Shown here: piece after piece, positions 11,037-18,293 of the stretch
Numbering within the stretch: the stretch's first letter is position 1
How the letters are laid out: the number at the start of each line of letters is the position of its first letter
NCBI GenBank assembly: GCA_040752695.1
Contig: JBFMGO010000014.1
Location: 1-64,000, forward strand
Reading direction: 5' to 3'
Length of the DNA: 64,000 nt
Source of the DNA: a bacterium
GTDB taxonomy: Bacteria; SZUA-182; DTGQ01
Translations under genes and position numbers: made by a program
Notes under the pieces: generated by a model
The model's database searches: none
Told to the model about the DNA's origin: nothing
The model's input: the letters and a program-made list of their open reading frames with translations, nothing else

Positions 11037-12083
11037 CTACACCACCACCCATGGTTTTGGGAAGAACAATTCCTGATAAAGCCGGAGCGTAAACCGGTCG
11101 GTCATTCCGGCAATGTAGTCACATACGGCTCGGTGGATACACTCCTCTGAGGAACCAGCCGGGGCTTGAGTAAGGTGATCGGGCAAAAGGCGGGGGTGCT
11201 CAAAATAATATTCATAGAGCTCTTTGATGATTTTCGTAGCTTTGGTGAATTCACTGTCGGTCTCGGAATTATAATAAACCTTTTGATAGAGGTATTCCCG
11301 CATGAGCAGGGTGGCGGACAGAACGGAATCGCTCATGCAGATTTTTTCCAGATCATGCTCCCTGGTAGCATGAATCACATCAGTGACCATGGTGTTGATC
11401 CGCTCCACGTTGGTACAGCCCAGGATTTCCAGACAGTCCTTGGGCAGGTGCTCCGGATGGATGATTCCGGCTCTCATCCCGTCGTCGATGTCGTGGTTTA
11501 CATAGGCGATGGTGTCCGCTACGCGGACTACATCTCCTTCGAGGGTGAGAGATTTATCCTCGGCGGTTGGTAAAAGCCTTGATCTTCCCTTGGAGTGCCG
11601 TCTGATACCATCGCGAACCTCGATCGTGAGATTGAGCCCTTTGCCGTTTTTCTCCAGCACGTCAGCCACGCGCAGGCTTTGTTCGGCGTGTTTGAATCCG
11701 CCGGGATGGATTTCGTTGAGTGCGTCCTCGCCTGCGTGGCCAAAAGGAGTATGTCCCAGATCATGCCCCATGGAAATGGCTTCGGTCAGTGTCTCATTGA
11801 GGCTGAGGGCTTTGGAAATGGTCCTGGCGATTTGCGAAACCTCCAGGGTATGGGTCAATCGAGTGCGATAATGATCGCCTGAAGGTGAGAGAAAGACCTG
11901 CGTCTTGTCCTTCAGCCGACGAAAGCTCTTGCAGTGAATAATGCGGTCTCTGTCCCTTTGAAAGCCTGGCCGAATGGGACATTCCTCTTCCGGGCGCAGC
12001 CGCCCCTGGCTTCGTGAACTCAAAGCAGCTTTTGGGGAGAGGATTTTTTCCTCCTGCTCCTCCAGCATTTTTCGGATAGTCAT
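11037..12083 (-). CDS. dgt: Deoxyguanosinetriphosphate triphosphohydrolase-like HD protein
   Basis: FQRDRDRI, FRRLKDKTQVF, RTRLTH, HDLGHTPFGHAGE and DYIAGMTD. Confidence 0.92.
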   Translation of the reverse strand: MTIRKMLEEQEEKILSPKAALSSRSQGRLRPEEECPIRPGFQRDRDRIIHCKSFRRLKDKTQVFLSPSGDHYRTRLTHTLEVSQIARTISKALSLNETLTEAISMGHDLGHTPFGHAGEDALNEIHPGGFKHAEQSLRVADVLEKNGKGLNLTIEVRDGIRRHSKGRSRLLPTAEDKSLTLEGDVVRVADTIAYVNHDIDDGMRAGIIHPEHLPKDCLEILGCTNVERINTMVTDVIHATREHDLEKICMSDSVLSATLLMREYLYQKVYYNSETDSEFTKATKIIKELYEYYFEHPRLLPDHLTQAPAGSSEECIHRAVCDYIAGMTDRFTLRLYQELFFPKPWVVV

Positions 12084-12258
12084 AGGTTTTTTGGTAGATT
12101 CAAGAGCTTGGAGTCAGTTGGAGTCAGAATGTAAAAAGCTGGAATTTTTAAGGTCAGGTTAAAAAAAGCCGGAATACAAAATAAATGCTTTTTCCTCCCG
12201 GCATCCCTGGGGTTTCCCGCCGACTCCTTTTTATTTTTAATAATAAATACAACCACAA

Positions 12259-12286
12259 ATTATAGCATAGCCTGGCCTGTTGTCAA
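12259..12286 (-). promoter_or_regulatory. sigma70 promoter for dgt-kdsB
   Basis: Minus strand TTGACA-N16-TATAAT with extended TGn. Confidence 0.65.
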
Positions 12287-12515
12287 CTATCTTGTCAATA
12301 CCAAAGTTTCTAAGGCAGGTTTCCAGTACAGCTTTGCGGAAGTTTCTCGCCGGTTTCTTCCCCTTGATGTGGGATAGAGTGCCTATCGGGATGAAGGCAG
12401 CCGACCTACCCCTCTCTCCAATGAAACTATTCTGATAATTTTCTCTGGATGGGAAAAGTGCTTCACGACCTGTCATTTTTCGAAAAAACTGGTTCATGAG
12501 GGTCTTATAAAAAAT

Positions 12516-12545
12516 TTGACAATATCCTTCTTTCCAAATTATAAT
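12516..12545 (+). promoter_or_regulatory. sigma70 promoter for the pilin-like/secretin cluster
   Basis: TTGACA-N18-TATAAT in an AT-rich spacer. Confidence 0.7.
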
Positions 12546-12656
12546 ATGAAAAAGTTAGTATATTTATTAAATATAGATTATAAATTTTTAATATCTTCCA
12601 TTTATTTTTCATTACTATAAGATTGAGATTCCCACAGATTTGATAAAAGGAAAACT

Positions 12657-13562
12657 GTGAGTCGCAGGAGCCAAGTGGTTTTTATTCTGGTTGGTATTTT
12701 TTGGCAGTTGTCAACAGTTTTTTGCTGGGCAGAGCCAGACCCCGAAATAATTCTCTCCCATGACCTTATCCATTTTCATCTTATCTCCGGGCAAACAGGG
12801 CCTGTAGATGCTGATACATTGGTAAGGATAATTATCCAGTCGAGCGGATCAGGATGGGTCCTCAATTACCAGGCCAATCCGCTGATTGGCTCGCACGGGG
12901 AGATATCGCCTGACAGGATACAGGTAATGACACCTTACACCAGCGGGTTCGAGACCCTTGACCTGCCGAGGTTTGTCGGCAGGGGAGAGGCCACTGGGCC
13001 GGAATCAGATGAGGTGGCCACCATGCAGTTCAGGTACATGGCCAATGGTCAGGAAAAGGCGGGGACTTATGAAGGTAACATCTTCTCATCCGATGGCAGA
13101 GGGCCAACCATACACGTGAGGATGATCATTGAGCCGCCAGGTGCAGAATCCAAGCTGTTTGAGCCTCCGGCTGCAAGGCAATCGGCGGGGTCGAGGATAC
13201 ATATGGTCTTATCACCTCAGGGTATTCGCTTTCCCGTGACCGGAACACCAGGAGAGTATGAGGCAGACAGCCCTGTTCATCTTGCCGTTGAGTCAAAATA
13301 TCCCTTTATCGTAACGACGCGTGCCACCTCGCTTCACAGCCAATATGGGGATATCCCGGCTGATCGGCTTTTTTTGACTCCGGGTGATGGAAATTCCTAT
13401 AGTCTTGAAAAAGATGTGGTGGTGCTTGAGGGCCTATCGAAAATACCTGAAAAGGGTGAAAGAATTTCTGCTGATTTGCATTTTCGGTTAAAGACCACAG
13501 GGAATGACAAGGCAGGTGAATACACAGGGGAGATCGTTTTTACCTGTATGCCGGGAGAATAA
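12657..13562 (+). CDS. Exported protein with two tandem pilin-like Ig domains (candidate minor/tip subunit)
   Basis: Signal peptide; two internally homologous halves ending KAGTYEGNI and KAGEYTGEIVFT. Confidence 0.6.
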   Translation: MSRRSQVVFILVGIFWQLSTVFCWAEPDPEIILSHDLIHFHLISGQTGPVDADTLVRIIIQSSGSGWVLNYQANPLIGSHGEISPDRIQVMTPYTSGFETLDLPRFVGRGEATGPESDEVATMQFRYMANGQEKAGTYEGNIFSSDGRGPTIHVRMIIEPPGAESKLFEPPAARQSAGSRIHMVLSPQGIRFPVTGTPGEYEADSPVHLAVESKYPFIVTTRATSLHSQYGDIPADRLFLTPGDGNSYSLEKDVVVLEGLSKIPEKGERISADLHFRLKTTGNDKAGEYTGEIVFTCMPGE

Positions 13563-13781
13563 GACCAGGGAAAAGGGATAAGAAAGAGAATCGAGAGAAT
13601 AAAAAGAAGATCAAGAGAATAAAAGGAAAATCAAAGGGATAAACGACATAAGCATCTATTGATCCTTCCACAGGAAAACTATAAGGAGGAAGGGGGGGGA
13701 AAAGATCAAGGGATGTCCTTAACTGATACTGTGGGTCAAGAGGAAGAAATAGTTCCCTCGTTGAGGGGAATGGTACTGAGA

Positions 13782-13865
13782 GCAGTTAGCATGGTTATTA
13801 AGGCAGTTACAGCGGTTGTTAAGGCAGTTACAGCGGTTGTTAAGGCAGTTACAACGGTTATTAAG
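13782..13865. repeat. 4 x 21-bp tandem repeat (gcagttacagcggttgttaag)
   Basis: Two identical and two near-identical units directly upstream of the 13895 gene. Confidence 0.9.
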
Positions 13866-13894
13866 CAGGAAAGAATAAATCCGGAGGATTCATT

Positions 13895-14395
13895 ATGAAA
13901 AGGTATGCAATGCTTTTGATAGTTTTAATCGTACTGTTTGGATTTGTCGGAATGGCCGCAGCAGGCCCGGAGGGAGACCCCAATATTCCTGAATTACCTC
14001 CAGCAGGGAATGTTTTAGTATCAAGCAAGGTTCAGGTAACAGCCCAGATAGGGGGGTGGGCTTCGCTCAGTCGGGTTGTCGCACCAAGCAAAATTGGTTT
14101 CGTAGGTAAGCCAAATGAAGAACAATCCAGGTATGACGGCTGGATAGAGGTGCAGTGTAATGTACCCGTGATAATGACTGCGGAAATAACAGCTCCTTTG
14201 ACAAATCCACAGGGTAATCAGATCAAGACCATGGTCAGCCTTGATTATGGTCCATTCGATGTATTGGTATCAGGGCAGACCTGGGGCGGATATGAACAGC
14301 ATAACCTCGGCCTGTACGGAGTTTTAGGAGATCCTGCTCAGGAAGCCGGTGAGTATACAGGAGAAGTTACGGTTACTTTATCAAGGCCGCTCTGA
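13895..14395 (+). CDS. CS1/CFA-I-like fimbrial subunit (candidate major pilin)
   Basis: GGAGG RBS, signal peptide, VQVTAQI donor-strand-like segment, VQCN, PLTN and C-terminal AGEYTGEVTVTLS. Confidence 0.6.
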   Translation: MKRYAMLLIVLIVLFGFVGMAAAGPEGDPNIPELPPAGNVLVSSKVQVTAQIGGWASLSRVVAPSKIGFVGKPNEEQSRYDGWIEVQCNVPVIMTAEITAPLTNPQGNQIKTMVSLDYGPFDVLVSGQTWGGYEQHNLGLYGVLGDPAQEAGEYTGEVTVTLSRPL

Positions 14396-14532
14396 TCCCT
14401 GCAGGTCTTTTGAAAGAAGAAGAGAAAAGGAGCATAATGGCATAAAAAGAGCAGCCGTGATGAAGAATGGAAGATTCGTAAGCAAAAAAGGTTAGTATCC
14501 GCGACAGCGGATAAATGACGACAAGAATGGCA

Positions 14533-14571
14533 TGGCTGAGGGGTGATGGCAACTCCTTCACCCCTCAGCCA
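14533..14571 (+). terminator. Strong stem-loop after the pilin-like gene (terminator or mRNA stabiliser)
   Basis: tggctgaggggtga...tcacccctcagcca, 14-bp stem; no U-tract. Confidence 0.5.
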
Positions 14572-14624
14572 AAGATCCATAGACTATTCTATGGTCCATG
14601 TTCTGAGCCATTGGAGGGTTATTA

Positions 14625-16334
14625 TTGTTTGGCCGTTGTATTCCCGACAGCAGCGGGAAAAAAGATCGTGATCAGCCGGGGGCCCGGCAGGTTTGTCTTG
14701 CTGTTTTGGCCCTTAGCGGTATTTTTACCTTTTCCTGCCTCTTCCCTTCTTTATCCTGGGCTGTTGGCTTCGTGGGTGTGAACCCTTTGCTCATAGATCT
14801 TGAACTTTCAACAGGCAAAAGAGGCGAATTCGAAATGGAAGTATATTCCATCTCAAATGAAGATGTCCCTGTTCATTTTTCCCTCTTTGATGTCATACAG
14901 AAAGAGGATGGAAGTACGGAATTTTCGGATATCGGCAGCAACCGCTATTCATGCACTCCCTGGATAAAACTTGAAAAGAGTGATCTTACCATACCCGCTG
15001 GTGAGAGCGTAATCGTCAAGGGTGAGATCACCGTTCCCCTTGCCCATGCCGGGAGCAGGCTGGCTGCCATTATGGTCGAACCTTGTCGCGGGCAGAAAGA
15101 AGCCGGTATCATTGTAAAATTACGGTATGCAGTTATTCTCAGACTGAAGATAACGGACAGGCCAGCCATGGAAGAGGCAAGGCTTGACAGATTCGGCAAA
15201 AAAAAATTAGCGGATGGTACACCTGCCCTTGAGGCGGTTCTCTTCAACAAGTCCGAGACAGACTATAAGGTTAAGGGAAGTGTCCTCATCCAGGACGGTT
15301 CAGGAAAGATATTCACTGAGCTGAATCTTACTACGGACTCACTCGAGCGAAAGAAAAAAGAGGGAAAGAAAGAAGAAAAAGAAAAAAAGAAAGGCACAGC
15401 GGCCACCACCGGAGGGGAAGAAGATCAAAGGATCTATCCAGGCGCCCGGGTGGCCTTTTGGGCGGGATTGGACAAACCAGTACCTCCGGGCGATTATGTG
15501 GCTATCCTGAACATGCGGTATGGCCAGAGAAGCCTGACGGCCAAAGAAAATATCAGCTTCACTGAAGAGGATATCGCCCCTATAGCCAGGAAGTCTGCAC
15601 AAGGGGTATCCTTCGAGATTAAGCCCTCTTATCTTGAGGTGAAGGGACAACCTGCAGGTATAAGGACAGCGGTTTTTACGATCATCAATCTGGTCGATGA
15701 GCCCCAAAAGGTATCATTATCAATCAAGGATATCGAGTATGATCCCAATGGGCAGGTCCTCGTAAAGGACCCTGGCACTACACCCTATTCTGCAAACGGA
15801 TGGCTTCAGCTTGAGCGGTCTGAATACGAGATAGGGCCGAGGCTTTCACAGAGCGTGTCGATGAGAGTCGAGGTTCCTGCGTCAATCGTCCAGGTCGGGA
15901 ACAGGTATGGCCAGGTAGTGGTTGAAAAGTCTTACCAGGGGGGATTCGAGACGGCCCATGGGGAAAAAGGCCGCATGGAAGTGGGAGTGATTCTTCCCGG
16001 TAAGGTTGAACCCGCTTTTGAGGTTAAGTGTCTCAAACGGCTGGAAAAGGATAAAGGATTCGGGGAATTGGTGGCAGAGGTCAGGAATAATGGCCCGGTC
16101 CATGTGATTCCAAAGGGAAGAGTTATTATCAAGGACGTTTATGATAATAAGGTTGACGAGGTGGAACTTAATCTGATAGTCAGAGCCCTGCTGCCCTACT
16201 CAGAGGGGAGGATGAGAGGGGAGATAAAGAAAAAGCTCATCCCCGGTGAATATATTGCCATCGCCGAGATAGATTACGGCGGAAAGGAAAAGGCAACCTC
16301 GAAGATAACCTTCAAGAAGCAACCTCGCTCATGA
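14625..16334 (+). CDS. Exported tandem PapD-N/DUF916-like chaperone-type protein
   Basis: TTG start with GGAGG; signal peptide; two homologous modules (VNPLLIDL..YSCTPWI..PGDY and IKPSYLEV..YSANGWL..PGEY), all-beta pattern. Confidence 0.55.
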   Translation: MFGRCIPDSSGKKDRDQPGARQVCLAVLALSGIFTFSCLFPSLSWAVGFVGVNPLLIDLELSTGKRGEFEMEVYSISNEDVPVHFSLFDVIQKEDGSTEFSDIGSNRYSCTPWIKLEKSDLTIPAGESVIVKGEITVPLAHAGSRLAAIMVEPCRGQKEAGIIVKLRYAVILRLKITDRPAMEEARLDRFGKKKLADGTPALEAVLFNKSETDYKVKGSVLIQDGSGKIFTELNLTTDSLERKKKEGKKEEKEKKKGTAATTGGEEDQRIYPGARVAFWAGLDKPVPPGDYVAILNMRYGQRSLTAKENISFTEEDIAPIARKSAQGVSFEIKPSYLEVKGQPAGIRTAVFTIINLVDEPQKVSLSIKDIEYDPNGQVLVKDPGTTPYSANGWLQLERSEYEIGPRLSQSVSMRVEVPASIVQVGNRYGQVVVEKSYQGGFETAHGEKGRMEVGVILPGKVEPAFEVKCLKRLEKDKGFGELVAEVRNNGPVHVIPKGRVIIKDVYDNKVDEVELNLIVRALLPYSEGRMRGEIKKKLIPGEYIAIAEIDYGGKEKATSKITFKKQPRS

Positions 16335-17986
16335 CCAGAATCTTACGATACACCCCTTTCTTAGCTTTTTTGTTCTCTCTTTTCATGTTCCTTTCAGCAG
16401 CAGGCTGCGTCCATGGTGATTATGCACTTTTAGAAGAAGGCAAGCGGCTTTACGAGAGGCAGGAATATGAAAAAGCAGTCAGTAAGTTTCTGGAAATAAA
16501 GCATAATTACCCACATAGTAACGTAGCCGAACTGGCAGATGATTATGCAAAAAGGGGCGAAGATGCCCTGAGCAGAAAGAAAGAAACCCGGAAAGAGCTT
16601 GTACCAAAAGAGCCCATACCAAAAGAGCATATACAAAAAGAGCGCATACCAAAAGTGCTCAGGCCGGAGGAAAAATCGTCAAAGCCAGGTGGGCAGAGGA
16701 ACAAAGAGTTAATTGCTCATGGTGAATCGGCGCCAGCCCATTCGAACAAGGGAGACGATGCTGTCAGGAAAAAGGAAGATGCTCGTAAAGAAGCCGCACT
16801 GCAAAAGAAAATACCAGAGCCAAAAGGACCAGAGCCTGAAACAAAGGGTTCAGAGCCTGCAAAAGCAAGCAAAGAGCTGGGGAAAAAGCCGGAAAAGCTC
16901 CTCACGAATGTGTTCTATGATACCGATATACGGGAGATAATCAGAAACCTTTCTGCCGAAACAGGTGAAAATTTAATTACCGATGATACCATTCAAGGCA
17001 TTATTTCACTAAAATACGAAAATCAGCCTCTTGAAAAGGTATTAAAGATGATACTCGCCGCAGGGGGATATACTTTCAAAAAGATGGATGATTATTACCT
17101 CATCGGCTCGGCTGATCCCCGGAGCGCACTGTTCAATTTCCTGAGCAGGACTGTCTCTGTGAAACCAAGATTTTTAAAGGCCAAGGAGATTTTAAAACTC
17201 ATTTCCCCTTCATTTGCCCCATCGATCCAGCTCAATGAAGAGCGCAACCTGCTTACTATCACCTCATCCCCCGAAAAGATAGAAAGGATACTTGAGGACA
17301 TCAGGATAATCGATAAAAAGCCACGGCAGGTGACACTTGAGGCAATCATTATAGACCTTTCATCAGATGCAAGGAAGAGTCTGGGTATAAACTGGACAGG
17401 GCAATCGGGCAAGTTTCCCGGATCTATGGAGGACCTCGATATAACATTCGGCTATACCGATACGCAGGTCTTAACTCAGCAGATTACGGCCAAGATTCGT
17501 GCGCTGGTTGAGAATGGTTTAGCCTCAGTGAAAGCTACGCCCCGGGTAACTACCATGGATGGGGAGGACGCTGAAATCAACCTGAACCTTGAACAATATA
17601 TATCCATAACTTCAGGTCCGGTCTCTTATCCCTATAGCTCAGTCCAGACAATCAAAGCAGGGATCAGTCTCCATATCGTTCCCTTCATTTCAGAAGATAA
17701 TGAAATTCTGGTGAAAATAAAACCGGCAGAAGTAAGCGATTTTGTCGGAACAGGGCCGGGAGACCTTCCTCTAATCAATAAACGTTCGGTTACTACTTCA
17801 GTGATGGTTAAAGATACCGAAACCATAGTTATAGGAGGTCTCCTCAGAAAGCGGGATGTCAACCGGGTTTCAAAAGTTCCCATTCTCGGCTATATACCAG
17901 TTATAAATATATTCTTTAGCAAGAGAGAAAAGGTAACCGAAGATTCAGAGGTGCTTATATTGATAACGCCTCGTATACTCCAATAA
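16331..17986 (+). CDS. Lipoprotein secretin (type II/III secretion, PilQ-like) with an N-terminal TPR-like domain
   Basis: Lipobox AAGC; N0 domain (DTDIREII), N3 domain, QVTLEA, TPRVTTMDGEDA and IVIGGL...KVPILGYIP...LILITPRI core. Confidence 0.88.
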   Translation: MTRILRYTPFLAFLFSLFMFLSAAGCVHGDYALLEEGKRLYERQEYEKAVSKFLEIKHNYPHSNVAELADDYAKRGEDALSRKKETRKELVPKEPIPKEHIQKERIPKVLRPEEKSSKPGGQRNKELIAHGESAPAHSNKGDDAVRKKEDARKEAALQKKIPEPKGPEPETKGSEPAKASKELGKKPEKLLTNVFYDTDIREIIRNLSAETGENLITDDTIQGIISLKYENQPLEKVLKMILAAGGYTFKKMDDYYLIGSADPRSALFNFLSRTVSVKPRFLKAKEILKLISPSFAPSIQLNEERNLLTITSSPEKIERILEDIRIIDKKPRQVTLEAIIIDLSSDARKSLGINWTGQSGKFPGSMEDLDITFGYTDTQVLTQQITAKIRALVENGLASVKATPRVTTMDGEDAEINLNLEQYISITSGPVSYPYSSVQTIKAGISLHIVPFISEDNEILVKIKPAEVSDFVGTGPGDLPLINKRSVTTSVMVKDTETIVIGGLLRKRDVNRVSKVPILGYIPVINIFFSKREKVTEDSEVLILITPRILQ

Positions 17987-18139
17987 TTTGATGAAGATAG
18001 CCCCCCCTTCCTCCCTCCCAAACTGAAGTTACTTCGCCCCAAATCTTGAAAACATTCTGGATGAGCTTGAAAAAGGATAGGACTTTTACGTTTTAGATTG
18101 CCTCCACTTTAACTCCACAGAGTTTTGTGGTGCTACCCA

Positions 18140-18156
18140 AGGCATGAATATTGCAT
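18140..18156 (+). promoter_or_regulatory. sigma54 -24/-12 promoter for fdnGHI
   Basis: AGGCATGAATATTGCAT (GG-N10-GC). Confidence 0.65.
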
Positions 18157-18293
18157 ATTATACTTATTACACAAGCTCTTGGGGGGCAGATTATAGCCAT
18201 TACAGAACAACAAGATCCCAAATTCCCAAGCAGGTCATCACATGACAGCCCTTAAATCCTATAACTATCAATCCCTTCTCAAAGGAGGACTCA

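Noticed and set aside
10945..11052. N-terminal extension of KdsB
   Set aside because: It arises from a heptamer repeat; the conserved protein starts at 10944.
13782..13865. Possible CRISPR array
   Set aside because: The units are contiguous with no spacers, and there are no cas genes in the window.
13659..13898. 79-aa ORF with KAVTAVV repeats
   Set aside because: It is a translation of the 21-bp tandem repeat, with a weak TTG start and no family features.
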